DNA of 64,000 nt from an uncultured Acidobacteriota bacterium (GTDB lineage: Bacteria; Acidobacteriota; Thermoanaerobaculia; Multivoradales; UBA5704). Positions 1-11,510 of the stretch are shown here, piece by piece; the stretch's first letter is position 1; the number at the start of each line of letters is the position of its first letter. A program made the position numbers and the translations under genes. The stretch is taken from contig OY969474.1 of NCBI GenBank assembly GCA_963700145.1, positions 704,001 to 768,000 of the forward strand. Direction: 5' to 3'. Under the pieces are notes generated by a model that saw only the letters and a program-made list of their open reading frames with translations, was not told the origin of the DNA and made no database searches.

Positions 1-533
1 GCGAGCAGCACCACCTGCTCGTCGGTAAGGTCGTCGGGGATCTTCGCCAGGTTGGCCTGGGCGGACGGCACCAGGAGGTACTCGGCCTGGGCGCCGTGGA
101 TCGTGTTGCCGAAGCGCCAGCCGCCGATCGCTTCGTAGCCGGCGCCGTGGCCGCACTGCGAGTACTGGCCGGAGAGGCAGGCGCGGCACTGGCCGCAGGG
201 GGTGATGGCGCCGACGAGCACGCGCTCGCCGACCTCGTAGCCGGTCACGCCGGCTCCCAGCTCTTCGATCACGCCCACCGGCTCGTGGCCGATGACGAGG
301 CCCGGCCGCACCGGGTACTCGCCGCGCAGGATGTGCAGGTCGGTGCCGCAGATGGTCGTCAGGGTGACGCGGATCACCGCCTCGCCGGGCCCGGGCACCG
401 GGCGCGGCACCTCCTCGACGCGGAGGTCGCCCGGGCCGTAGAAGACGGCAGCGCGCATGGTCTTGCGCGCCGTGCGGGGGCGCGGCGGCGCGGTTTTGGG
501 GACAGACAGCACGGCGGTCGCCGTTTCGCTCAT
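1..533 (-). CDS. Zinc-binding alcohol dehydrogenase (MDR family), runs off the window edge
   Basis: Manual translation from ATG at 533: MSETATAV...MRAAVFYGPGDLRVEEVPRP...TTICGTDLHI...GHEPVG...PCGQCRACLSGQYSQC. Catalytic Zn (CGTD, GHE) and structural Zn (4 Cys) motifs are present. The start overlaps the upstream stop (ATGA). Confidence 0.9.
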   Translation of the reverse strand, partial: MSETATAVLSVPKTAPPRPRTARKTMRAAVFYGPGDLRVEEVPRPVPGPGEAVIRVTLTTICGTDLHILRGEYPVRPGLVIGHEPVGVIEELGAGVTGYEVGERVLVGAITPCGQCRACLSGQYSQCGHGAGYEAIGGWRFGNTIHGAQAEYLLVPSAQANLAKIPDDLTDEQVVLL

Positions 534-2320
534 GACGGGTCTCCTTTCCTCGCGGGCTCTTCCGCTCGTTCCTTGATACCCAGCAGCATCCGGCGGTCCA
601 TGGCGAAGCTGACCGGCTCGACCAGCGCCGGCCCGAAGCGGAGCCGCGAGGCGAGGTCATCGGAGCAGTCGGCGCGGTAGCGGCTGAGCAGGCGGCAGCG
701 GCCCTCGCCCAGCGGCTCGACCTGGAAGAGCCAGGAGGCGGTCGCCCAGGGCCGGCCCGCGGCGCGCGCGGTCTCGTCGGCCGCCGCGTAGGCCACGAGC
801 CATCCGCCAGGCTTGCACTCGACGACCGGCAGCGCCGGCTGCTCGGGGTGCAGCACCAGCCGGTCGCCGGCGCGCAGCTCCCACTCCGGATGGGTCGTCT
901 CGGCGTTGCGCAGCGCGCAGCCGGCGAGGTTCTCGAGCCATTGGTAGCTGTAGAAGCCGCCGCGGTCGGCGCCGAGCTGCGCCACCCAGGGCCAGACCGC
1001 CGCGGCCGGCGCGTCGATCTCGACCCCGTGCGTCCAGCTCCAGCGCGGCGCCGGGACCAGCCCGTCGCCGGGGCGCTCCTTCGCCGCCGCCTCGGCCTCC
1101 ACCCCCCAACGGCCGCGGCGGCCGCGCAGGAAGGGGCTGAGCAGCGCGGCGGTCATCACCGCGGTGCCGCCCAGGCCCTCCACCACGTCCCGCCAGTCGT
1201 CCCGCGGCAGGCGCCCCTCGGCGCGGGCGGCGAGCTGCCGGAGCTGCTCGGCCTCCATGAAGCCGTGCGCGAGGCGCGCGGCGAGCATCTGCCGACGCGG
1301 CCGGCAGATGGCTCGGACCCGCACCGTCAGCCGGGTGCTCCGCCCGTCCAGCGGTTCCAGGAGGAACGCCCAGGTCATGTGTCCGTAGCGGCGGGGCCGC
1401 CCGGCACGGAAGGGGAGCTGAGTGTCGCGCTCGTTGTCGAACAGCCCGCCCAGCACGAGCAGACGTGGCGGCTCGAGACGGAGGACCTCGAAGCCGTCGG
1501 CGCTTCCCGGCGCCGCCGGCAGGACGTCGCCGACCGCGAGCCGCTGCAGGTCGGCATGGACCTCGCGGGCGCTGCGGGCGCCGGCGTTGTCGAGCAGGTC
1601 GTAGCTGTAGTAGCCGGCGCGGCCGCACCCCATCTGGACCAGCCAGGGCCAGGCCTCTTCCGGCGCGGCCGCGACGTCGACAGTGTGGGTGAGCTGGTCG
1701 GAGGCGTCGGGTAGCAGCTCGTCGCCGGGGAGGGGCCGGTCCTCGTCGAGCGGCAACGCGCCGAGGTCGCGGGCGATCGCCCGCAGCAGCTGGCGGCGGA
1801 TGAAGCGGGAGCCGACGCCGATGACGACGAAGTAGCGGCGGAACTTCCGCCAGGACGCCTCGTCGGTCGTGGCCACCCGCAGCTCCAGCTCGAGGTGGGT
1901 GCCGCCGCCGCGCGGGGAGAGCCGGATCGACCACGCCACCTTGGCGAAGCCGGGGCGGTAGAAGGCGGCGAACTCGGCGGCGTCCGCGACGTGGGCGAAG
2001 GGGATCTCCGGTTCCCAGACCCTGCCGATCGCCCCCACCGCCAGCTCGCGCGGCGGCTTCTCGAAGAGCATCTGGAACCCCGGCCTCTCGGGCGAGGAGA
2101 CCAGTTGGTCGAGGCGCAGCGCTGTCTCGCCGCGGCCGCGGGTGCGGATCGCGAAGAGCGCGCGGATCAACGGCGAGGGCGCCAGGCTGCCGTGGCGCAC
2201 GCGCCGCCAGACCGCCGCCGGCGGAGCGTCGAGGTCGAGGCGGTCGATCTCGACCAGGCGCGGCGCCGGGACCAGCCGGTCGAGGGCGGTGCGGGGTTCT
2301 TTCTCCTGGAGCGGTTGCAT
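530..2320 (-). CDS. Multi-domain SRPBCC/START-like protein (DUF2867-like N-domain plus two SRPBCC-like repeats)
   Basis: 596-aa ORF with two internal repeats, 'RPLPGDELLP...THTVDVAAAPEEAWPWLVQMGCGRAGYYSYDLLDN' and 'RPGDGLVP...THGVEIDAPAAAVWPWVAQLGADRGGFYSYQWLEN'. Confidence 0.7.
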   Translation of the reverse strand: MQPLQEKEPRTALDRLVPAPRLVEIDRLDLDAPPAAVWRRVRHGSLAPSPLIRALFAIRTRGRGETALRLDQLVSSPERPGFQMLFEKPPRELAVGAIGRVWEPEIPFAHVADAAEFAAFYRPGFAKVAWSIRLSPRGGGTHLELELRVATTDEASWRKFRRYFVVIGVGSRFIRRQLLRAIARDLGALPLDEDRPLPGDELLPDASDQLTHTVDVAAAPEEAWPWLVQMGCGRAGYYSYDLLDNAGARSAREVHADLQRLAVGDVLPAAPGSADGFEVLRLEPPRLLVLGGLFDNERDTQLPFRAGRPRRYGHMTWAFLLEPLDGRSTRLTVRVRAICRPRRQMLAARLAHGFMEAEQLRQLAARAEGRLPRDDWRDVVEGLGGTAVMTAALLSPFLRGRRGRWGVEAEAAAKERPGDGLVPAPRWSWTHGVEIDAPAAAVWPWVAQLGADRGGFYSYQWLENLAGCALRNAETTHPEWELRAGDRLVLHPEQPALPVVECKPGGWLVAYAAADETARAAGRPWATASWLFQVEPLGEGRCRLLSRYRADCSDDLASRLRFGPALVEPVSFAMDRRMLLGIKERAEEPARKGDPS

Positions 2321-2338
2321 GGCTCGGACCTCCTCGCG

Positions 2339-3058
2339 TCACGCCGCCGCCGGCACGTCGAGCGCCCGCAGGTCGCGCAGGAACTCGTCGATCAGCCCGC
2401 GCAGCCCCTCGGTGTCCCCTTCGACGATGCGCAGAGTCATCCGCAGACTGATGCCGCGGCAGCCGCCGAACTGCTGGTAAAAGCCGCAGTAGCGGCAGCA
2501 GTTGAGCCCGTCGCCGCAGGCGCGCATCTCCTCCCGCGCCGCGTCGCAGAGCGAGAAGGCGGCGTTGACCTCGACGAGCAGCTCCTCCTCCTCCATCGTG
2601 CCGGCCCGCGCGCGCAGGCCCTCCCACAGCGCGATCGCTTCATCCTTCGCCCCTTGCCAGTTCACTCGCGCGGGCAGGAGCGACGGGACCAGGTTCTGCG
2701 GGTCCTTGCAGAGCGGGTCGGCGCAATCCCGCCAGTGACCGGAGTGGCCGCGGCGGATGTGCGCCGCGGCGGCGCGGAGGCTGGAGCGCACGATCAGATC
2801 GAGCTGGCGGTCGGCGTCGGCGACGCGCACCTCGACGCCGCCGTCGGGCAGCGCCGCGGCGCGCATCGCCCGGGGCGGGAAGGGGAGAGGGGTGCGGCCG
2901 CGCGCCCCGCCGTCGCTCCGCACCACCAGGTCGGAGCCGTCGAGGCCCAGCTCGCCCCCTCCCTCGAACGGTTGGGGGAGCTCGGCGTGGAGGACGAGCT
3001 CGCCGTCCTCCTCGTGCAGGTCGAAGCTGGGGAGCAAGGTGCAGGTCGGGTTCGTCAC
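2339..3058 (-). CDS. Hypothetical protein with Hsp20/alpha-crystallin-like N-terminus and Cys/His-rich C-terminus
   Basis: GTG start after a GAGGAGGA RBS. 'FDLHEEDGELVLHAELP' resembles the Hsp20 beta-strands. Also carries HSGHWRDCADPLC and CCRYCGFYQQFGGC. Confidence 0.55.
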   Translation of the reverse strand: MTNPTCTLLPSFDLHEEDGELVLHAELPQPFEGGGELGLDGSDLVVRSDGGARGRTPLPFPPRAMRAAALPDGGVEVRVADADRQLDLIVRSSLRAAAAHIRRGHSGHWRDCADPLCKDPQNLVPSLLPARVNWQGAKDEAIALWEGLRARAGTMEEEELLVEVNAAFSLCDAAREEMRACGDGLNCCRYCGFYQQFGGCRGISLRMTLRIVEGDTEGLRGLIDEFLRDLRALDVPAAA

Positions 3059-3194
3059 GGTCTCGTCCTCCTCTCGACCGCGACGCTACGGCCCGCCGCC
3101 GAGCCCCGCGACGCCCGGCGGGGCGGCCACGGCGAACGTCGAAGGGTGGCGCGGGGCCCACCCGCCGGGGTAGTGGTGCGGAAGGGAGCGCCGC

Positions 3195-5567
3195 TCAGGC
3201 GCGGGTCGCGAGCTCGGGCTCGGGTCGCGCGGCCGGGGCGCCGGGCCCTTCGAGCAGCGGCAGGTACTGCTCGTCCTCCTGCGCGAAGTGGAGGCGGAGG
3301 ATGGCGTGGAGGCCGTAGAGGAGGCGGCGGAGGTCGCGCAGCTCCTCGGGCGGCAGGGGCGTCCCCTCGTCGGGCGGCAGCTCGTCGAGCACGCGGCCGA
3401 AGAGGCGGACGAGGTGGAGGATCTCGAGGTGGGCGCGGGTCATCGGTGCCGTCGGGTCCTCGCCGCCGATGGCGCGCGCCACGAGCGGGTAGGCGGCGGC
3501 GTCCTCGCTGCGCTCGTGCGGCACGAGGCGCCCTTCGAGGAAGGCGCGCAGCTCGGCGAGCTGGCGGCGCGCCGCGGGCGGCGGCATCTCCTCCAGCCGG
3601 TCGGCCACCGCCCGCAAGCGGTCCACCTCGGGCAGCAGGGCCGAGTGCTCGGCGCGCAGCCGCTCGCCGACCGCGGCGAGCTCCGGGGTGCCGGCGCGCC
3701 GCCGCCCGCCGCCCAGCGCGCGCAGGGCGTTGAGGATCACCGCCACGTCGATCCCCTCCTGCACCAGCGCCCCGGCGACCGGCGGCAGGTAGCCGGCGGC
3801 CGCCACCAGCATGGCGGCGAGCGACAGGCCCATCCCGGCGACGACGCTCTGCACGGCGATGCCGCGCGCCCGCCGCGCGATGCCGAGCGCCTCGGCGAGG
3901 CGGTCGAGGCGGTCCACGGCGAGCACCACGTCGGCCGCCTCCGAGGAGGCCGAGGCGCCGCGGGCGCCGAGCGCCACGCCGACGTCGGCCGCGGCGAGCG
4001 CCGGCGCGTCGTTGACGCCGTCGCCCACCATGACGACCGGCCCGCCGGCGCGCTCGGCGCGCACCGCCGCCACCTTCTCGGCGGGGGAGCGCTCGGCGAG
4101 CACCAGGTCGGCGCCGAGCGCGAGCCCCACCGGCTCCGCCACCTCGGGGTGGTCGCCGGTCAGGAGCACGACGCGCGCGATGCCGGCCCGCCGCAGCGCC
4201 CGCAGCGTGGCCGGCGCGTCCGGGCGGATCGGGTCCTCGAGGACGAGCGCCCCGGCGAGGGCGCCGTCGACGGCGACGAAGACGGTCGAGGAGCCGTCGA
4301 GCGCGGAGCGGCGGCGCACGCGGCGGGCCGCCGGCGGCAGGGGCGCGCCGCCGGCGAGCCACGTGAGCTTGCCGAGCGCCACCCGGCGCCCGTCCACGGT
4401 TCCCGCGATGCCGGCGCCGAGCTCCTCGGCGACGTCCTCCGGCAGAGAGAGCGCCAGGCCGCGCTCGCGCGCGCCGCGCACCACCGCCGCCGCCATCACG
4501 TGCTGCGACACCTGGTCGAGCGACGCGGCGAGGCGCAGCAGCTCCGTCTCGGGGAGCGCCCCGAAGGTCTCGACCTCGGCCACGCGCGGTGCGCCGGTGG
4601 TGACGGTGCCGGTCTTGTCGAGCAGCAGGATGCGCCCGCGGGCGAGCGCTTCGAGGGCGCGCCCGCCCTTGACGATCACGCCCCGCCGGGCGGCCCGCGA
4701 GACGCCGGCGACGAGGGCGATCGGCGCGGCGAGGATGAGCGGGCAGGGGGTGGCGACGACCAGCACGGCGAGCGCGCGGACGGGGTCGCCCGAGAGCGCC
4801 CAGGCGGCGCCGGCGATCGCCAGGGTGAGCGGCAGGAAGAAGAGCGCGTAGCGGTCGGCCAGGCGGACGAAGGGCGCCTTGGCGGCCTCCGCCTCGCGCA
4901 CCAGGCGCACGATCGCGGCGTAGGTGCTGGCCTCGGCGGTCGCCGCGGCGCGCAGGCGGAAGGGTCCGGCGGCGTTGACCGTGCCGCTGCGCACCGCGTC
5001 GCCGGGCGGGCGCTCGGCCGGCCGCGCCTCGCCGGTGAGCGCCGACTCGTCGAGCACCGCCGTGTCGCCCTCGACCAGCCCGTCGACCGGCACGACCTCG
5101 CCGGGCTTGACCAGGAGCAGGTCGCCGGGGCGGACGTCCTCCAGCGGCGGCGAGGTGAGCTGGCCGTCCTCGTAGCGGTGGGCGACCCGGGGAGCGCGGG
5201 CGACGAGGGCGGAGAGCTCGCGGCGGGCGCGGGCGCCGGCGAAGGCCTCGAGCGCCTGGCCGCCGGCCATCATCAGCGCGATCACCGCCCCCGCCAGGTA
5301 CTCGCCGAGGGCCAGCGACCCGCCCATCGCCAGGAGAGCGATGAGGTCCACGCCCGGCTCGCCGCGGCGCAGGTCGCGCACCACGGAAAGGACGAGCGGC
5401 GCGAGGACGAGGAGCGTCGTCGCCGCCCAGAGGAGCCGGGCCGCGGCCTCGGCGCCGAGCGCGAAGGCGGCGCCGCCCGCGGCGATGCCGGCGAGCGCCG
5501 TTGCGGCGAGGAGCAGCGCGCGGCGGGAGGTCCTCTCGCTGTCGGCGGGGCGCGGCGCGGCGTTCAT
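3195..5567 (-). CDS. Heavy-metal P1B-type ATPase (P1B-5 subclass) with C-terminal hemerythrin domain
   Basis: TGE, TPCP, DKTGT and GDGVNDAP motifs; QSVVAGMGLSLAAM and PVAGALVQEGIDVAVILN match P1B-5 TM motifs. C-terminal H...HxxxE...H...HxxxE pattern (EHSAL, HERSE, AHLEI, HFAQE). Confidence 0.92.
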   Translation of the reverse strand: MNAAPRPADSERTSRRALLLAATALAGIAAGGAAFALGAEAAARLLWAATTLLVLAPLVLSVVRDLRRGEPGVDLIALLAMGGSLALGEYLAGAVIALMMAGGQALEAFAGARARRELSALVARAPRVAHRYEDGQLTSPPLEDVRPGDLLLVKPGEVVPVDGLVEGDTAVLDESALTGEARPAERPPGDAVRSGTVNAAGPFRLRAAATAEASTYAAIVRLVREAEAAKAPFVRLADRYALFFLPLTLAIAGAAWALSGDPVRALAVLVVATPCPLILAAPIALVAGVSRAARRGVIVKGGRALEALARGRILLLDKTGTVTTGAPRVAEVETFGALPETELLRLAASLDQVSQHVMAAAVVRGARERGLALSLPEDVAEELGAGIAGTVDGRRVALGKLTWLAGGAPLPPAARRVRRRSALDGSSTVFVAVDGALAGALVLEDPIRPDAPATLRALRRAGIARVVLLTGDHPEVAEPVGLALGADLVLAERSPAEKVAAVRAERAGGPVVMVGDGVNDAPALAAADVGVALGARGASASSEAADVVLAVDRLDRLAEALGIARRARGIAVQSVVAGMGLSLAAMLVAAAGYLPPVAGALVQEGIDVAVILNALRALGGGRRRAGTPELAAVGERLRAEHSALLPEVDRLRAVADRLEEMPPPAARRQLAELRAFLEGRLVPHERSEDAAAYPLVARAIGGEDPTAPMTRAHLEILHLVRLFGRVLDELPPDEGTPLPPEELRDLRRLLYGLHAILRLHFAQEDEQYLPLLEGPGAPAARPEPELATRA

Positions 5568-5589
5568 GGCGTTCCGGCATGATAGCGGC

Positions 5590-6369
5590 GTGCGGCGAAC
5601 GAGCGCGGCCGTCCGCGCCTACTACCGGCGGGTGCTGCCGTTCTACGACCGGGAGCTGGCCGACCGCGGCGACGGGCCGTTCTGGGAACAGGCGGCGGGG
5701 GAGCCGCCGGAGTGCCGAGTGCTGGAGGTCGGCTGCGGCAGCGGGCGGGCGACCGCCTTCTTAGCCCGCGCCGCCGCCGCGGTAACCGCGTTCGACCTGA
5801 GCCCGGAGATGCTGGCCGCGGCGCGGCGCCGGCTGGCCGAGCTGGCGAACGTGCGGCTCTTCGCGGCCGACGTCCGCGGGCTCCGCCTGCGGGCGGCCTT
5901 CGACTTGGTCGCCGCCGTGGACGACCCCTTCGTGCACCTGCTGAGCGACGCCGACCGGGACCGGGCGCTGCGCGCCGCAGCCCGCCACCTGGCGCCGGAC
6001 GGGCGCTTCGTCCTCGACGCCGCCTGGCTCTCGCCGCGGCGGCGGCGGGCGGCCGCGTCGCGCGCCGGGCTCGTCATCGCCCACCGCGCCGCCGGCGGCT
6101 TGGCGGTCGAGGAGGTCTTGCGCTGCGAGCCGGGGAGCCGCGTCTGCGCCGTCCGCTTCACCTACGAGCCGTCCGGCGCGCCCGCCGTCGCCGCCAGCTT
6201 CCGCGGCCGCCTCTGGTCCCTCGCCGAGCTGCAGCGTCGCGCCCGCGCCGCCGGCCTCGCCGTCACGAACCTCTGGGGCGACTACGACCGCACCCCCTGG
6301 CACCGCGCCACCTCCCCCCGCCTCATCGCCGAGATGCGGCGGAAGGAAGCGCCCCCTCCCGCTGGTTAG
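5590..6369 (+). CDS. Class I SAM-dependent methyltransferase
   Basis: VLEVGCGSG motif I and 'FDLSPEMLAAARR'. Start is uncertain (GTG 5590 or ATG 5566). Confidence 0.85.
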   Translation: MRRTSAAVRAYYRRVLPFYDRELADRGDGPFWEQAAGEPPECRVLEVGCGSGRATAFLARAAAAVTAFDLSPEMLAAARRRLAELANVRLFAADVRGLRLRAAFDLVAAVDDPFVHLLSDADRDRALRAAARHLAPDGRFVLDAAWLSPRRRRAAASRAGLVIAHRAAGGLAVEEVLRCEPGSRVCAVRFTYEPSGAPAVAASFRGRLWSLAELQRRARAAGLAVTNLWGDYDRTPWHRATSPRLIAEMRRKEAPPPAG

Positions 6370-6378
6370 AATCGCCGT

Positions 6379-8373
<1,995 letters not shown>

Positions 8374-8448
8374 AGAGGCAACGGGTCAATCGCTGTCGTA
8401 GAAACTGGCTAGACGGAGGAGCGGGCTGCCAACCACGGGAGGCGTGAG

Positions 8449-9051
8449 ATGACAAACTGGCAGTGGACCAACCTGACGACACAGCCGAGTCGAAGCTACG
8501 CGTGTGGCCACTGCGGTGCCCATATCTCGTCAGAGAAGGGGTACATCGCAACGGACCCTGGGCACGGAGGCATACATGTATTTATCTACATTTGCCACCA
8601 GTGTTTTGAGCCAACTTACCTTGCTCTCAACAAACAAGTCCCTGGGCAGGCACCCGGAGGTTCAGTAGGCGATGTTTCGGACCAAGGTGTCAGCGCCCTC
8701 TACGAGGAGGCCCGCCGTTCGGCAGCCGCCAACTCTCCCACGGCTTCGGTTCTTGCATGCCGCAAACTACTAATGCATATAGCGGTCTCGAAGGGTGCGA
8801 AGCCTGGAGAGAGTTTCGTTAGCTATGTCGACTATTTGGCAGCCAAGGGGTTCATCCCTCCAGATGGGCGTGACTGGGTTGACCACATTCGCCAGAAGGG
8901 CAATGAAGCAAATCACGAGATCGTAATCATGTCTGGCGCCGAAGCGGAAGAGCTCATTGCCTTCGTCGAGATGCTCCTCAAGTTCATCTTCGAGTTCCCG
9001 GCAAAGATGCGCCGCAAGGTACAGGCTCAGTCACCCGGCACACCGAAGTGA
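8449..9051 (+). CDS. DUF4145 (HEPN-like) domain protein with N-terminal Zn ribbon
   Basis: CGHC...CHQC; 'LYEEARR...ASVLACRKLL...IRQKGNEANHE'. Lower GC than the backbone. Confidence 0.8.
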   Translation: MTNWQWTNLTTQPSRSYACGHCGAHISSEKGYIATDPGHGGIHVFIYICHQCFEPTYLALNKQVPGQAPGGSVGDVSDQGVSALYEEARRSAAANSPTASVLACRKLLMHIAVSKGAKPGESFVSYVDYLAAKGFIPPDGRDWVDHIRQKGNEANHEIVIMSGAEAEELIAFVEMLLKFIFEFPAKMRRKVQAQSPGTPK

Positions 9052-9288
9052 CCTGGGAACCAATGGTTGGCCTTCAAGCATCAGAGATCCAACGCCAGAT
9101 CGCCACAATCCTGCTCCGCGAGTGGGCCCAGGCTGGGCGGCACCGGGAACGTGACACTCGCCTGCACTCGCGGTTGGCGGCCGGCACGCAGGTGCGTTGT
9201 TGCGGGTCGCTCCGACTGCTGGCGGAAGCGCCCCAAGCGCGACGGGCCGAAGCGGTGGAGCTAAGCGATGTGCGCGAAGGAGCCGCCG

Positions 9289-9483
9289 ATGATCTACAAG
9301 GTTCTACTCGTTCTCGCATCTCAGCACGAGGGGGGCTTTACCGTCACCTCGCCTCTGCTTCCGGAGCTCGTCACGGAAGGTGAAACGGTCGAGGAGGCGC
9401 TGGCGAACGTAGAAGACGCTCTTGCTGCCGTGATCGAGAGCTACCACGAGTTGGGCCGCGAACTGCCGCCTCCTTGGCTCTAG
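9289..9483 (+). CDS. hicB: HicB-family antitoxin (no HicA partner seen)
   Basis: 'GGFTVTSPLLPELVTEGETVEEALANVEDAL' HicB signature; AAGGAG RBS. Confidence 0.85.
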   Translation: MIYKVLLVLASQHEGGFTVTSPLLPELVTEGETVEEALANVEDALAAVIESYHELGRELPPPWL

Positions 9484-9513
9484 AGGTTGTTATCCCCAGC
9501 TCGTAAGCTGTCG

Positions 9514-10878
9514 GGATCCGTCCCGATTCTTGTGGAAAAAGAAAGTGGCGTAACCTCCTAGCTGTCAAGCACATCCCGTCGCGTGGGCGGCGGAGGAGGG
9601 TTACGCCATGTGGGAGGGTAGCACGTCAGGGCAGGAGGTGATGCCGTTGCGCCGGGACATCCGGCGTCTGCTCGAGCAGAGGCTGCTCGAGGCCGTGGAG
9701 CTGGTGCTGGAGCAGGAGCTGCAGGAGGCGCTGGGTGCGCAGCCCTACCAGCGGACGGCGGTGCGCCGCGGCTACCGCAACGGGGCGACGCTGCGGCGGG
9801 TGACGACGGTGGCGGGGACGCGGCCGTTGCGGGTGCCGCGCGGTCGGGTGGCCACCGCGGAGGGCACGACCGAAGAGTTCACCAGCGCGCTGGTGCCGCG
9901 TTACGCACGGCGGGTGCGGCAGATCGACGCGGCGATCCTGTCGTGCTATCTGGCGGGGGCCAATAGCCGACGGATCGGCAAGGCGCTGGCGCCGCTGCTA
10001 GGAGAAGAGCACCTGTCCAAGAGCGCGGCCTCGCGCGTGGTGGGGCGGCTCAAGGAGCGGTTTGCCGCCTGGCGGCAGCGCGATTGTGCGGGCGAGCGCT
10101 ACGCGCTGCTGTTTCTCGACGGCTTCCACGTCAAGGTGCGGCTGGCGCGGCGGGTCGTGGCGGTGCCGGTGCTGGCCGCTCTGGGCGTGCGTCCCGACGG
10201 ACAGAAGGTCCTGGTGGCGTTGCGGTTGGCCACCAGCGAGGCGGCGCGGCTGTGGGGTGAGCTGCTCGAGGACCTGCAGCAGCGGGGCCTCGCGGCGCCG
10301 GAGTTGCTCATCGTCGACGGCCACGCGGGTCTACGCAAGGCGCTGGCGGCGTGGCCGGGGGTGCGCGTGCAGCGCTGCACTCAGCACAAGCTCCGAAACC
10401 TGCTGGAGCACTGCCCGCGCCATGCGCGCGGGGAGCTGCGGCGCGACTGGCGCCCGATCGTCGAGGCCCGCGACGGTGCGGCGGCGCACCAGGCCTACGC
10501 GGCCTTCCTCGCCAAGTGGTCCCGCCTGTGCCCGGCCGTCGCCCGCTCGCTGGAGGAGGCCGGAGAGGAGCTGTTGACCTTCTACGAGTTTCCCCGCTCG
10601 CTGTGGAGGACCCTGCGCTCGACCAACACGCTGGAAAACCTCCATCGCGAGTTTCGCCGCCGCACCAAGACCCAGGCCAGCTTCGCCACCGAAGAGGCGG
10701 CCTTGACCTTGCTCTGGGCGCTGGTGGCCTGCGGCCAGATCCGCCTGCGCAGCGTCAACGGCCACCAGGACTTGCAACGCTTCCTCGAAACGACTTGGAC
10801 GCAGGCCGCGTGAGGAGCTAACGTTAATCCGACAGACAGAGGGTTACGCCGAATCTCCACAAGAATCGGGACATATCC
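9514..10878 (+). mobile_element. IS256-family insertion sequence, complete
   Basis: 23-bp terminal IRs: GGATCCGTCCCGATTCTTGTGGA (left) vs reverse complement of the right end GGATATGTCCCGATTCTTGTGGA. 8-bp target duplication AGCTGTCG at 9506-9513 and 10879-10886. Confidence 0.95.
9608..10813 (+). CDS. IS256-family (mutator-type) DDE transposase
   Basis: YRNG, FLDG, IVDGHAGL, QRCTQHKLRN and RSTNTLENLHREFRRR motifs. Confidence 0.95.
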   Translation: MWEGSTSGQEVMPLRRDIRRLLEQRLLEAVELVLEQELQEALGAQPYQRTAVRRGYRNGATLRRVTTVAGTRPLRVPRGRVATAEGTTEEFTSALVPRYARRVRQIDAAILSCYLAGANSRRIGKALAPLLGEEHLSKSAASRVVGRLKERFAAWRQRDCAGERYALLFLDGFHVKVRLARRVVAVPVLAALGVRPDGQKVLVALRLATSEAARLWGELLEDLQQRGLAAPELLIVDGHAGLRKALAAWPGVRVQRCTQHKLRNLLEHCPRHARGELRRDWRPIVEARDGAAAHQAYAAFLAKWSRLCPAVARSLEEAGEELLTFYEFPRSLWRTLRSTNTLENLHREFRRRTKTQASFATEEAALTLLWALVACGQIRLRSVNGHQDLQRFLETTWTQAA

Positions 10879-10897
10879 AGCTGTCGCAACTGACCGG

Positions 10898-11173
10898 CTA
10901 TAAGCCCTCTTCCCTGAACCGGCCGGAGGCGTACTTGTGGAGGACGCTGGAAATCAGCGTCTGGTACGGCACCCCTTCGATGAGCGCGCGTTTCTGGAGC
11001 GCCTCGAGGTCCCTGGTGGAGATCCGGATGTTGATCCGCCGGTCCTTCTTGAAGGTGGAGCTGGCGTATCTCTGATAGCGCCTCAGCTCGGAAGTCTTCG
11101 CAGCCACGGAGCTCCACTCTCCGGCTTCCACCGAGTCGAGCAGTTCCTTCTCTTCCTTCGGCAGCCGCGGCAT
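10898..11173 (-). CDS. CopG/BrnA-like antitoxin
   Basis: 'KKDRRINIRISTRDLEALQKRALIEGVPYQTLISSVLHKY'. The ATG overlaps the toxin stop codon. Confidence 0.85.
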   Translation of the reverse strand: MPRLPKEEKELLDSVEAGEWSSVAAKTSELRRYQRYASSTFKKDRRINIRISTRDLEALQKRALIEGVPYQTLISSVLHKYASGRFREEGL

Positions 11174-11451
11174 CAGTCGCCTCCCAAGTAGTGTTTCGTG
11201 GCTTTGCGGCTGGGGATGATCGTCTTCAGAAAGACTTCCGCCTCGGATTCCACGAAGGGCACGAGGTAGGCGTAGTGCTCGACCGCCACGACGAAGATCC
11301 GCTGGCCGCCGTAACGCTCCCGGTTCGGATGCTCGAGGATGTCGAGCAGGTCGCCGCGCTCGATGTGGTAGACGATTTCCTCGAAGCCGATTCCCCGTTC
11401 CTGCCGCAATAGCTCGTTCTTCTCGACGCTCCACGAGAAGCGCTTCACCAT
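11173..11451 (-). CDS. BrnT-family toxin
   Basis: 'FSWSVEKNELLRQERGIGFEEI...HPNRERY...FLKTIIPSRKAT'. Confidence 0.85.
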   Translation of the reverse strand: MVKRFSWSVEKNELLRQERGIGFEEIVYHIERGDLLDILEHPNRERYGGQRIFVVAVEHYAYLVPFVESEAEVFLKTIIPSRKATKHYLGGD

Positions 11452-11510
11452 CGAACCCTAGCACAGGGTGTGTGCCGAACGTCATCGGCTAAGAGGCCCT
11501 TCGGGCGCCC

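Noticed and set aside
9052-9270. Possible long attC site or ORF between DUF4145 and hicB
   Set aside because: I could not identify paired R/L boxes or a convincing stem by eye, and the ORFs lack recognisable motifs.
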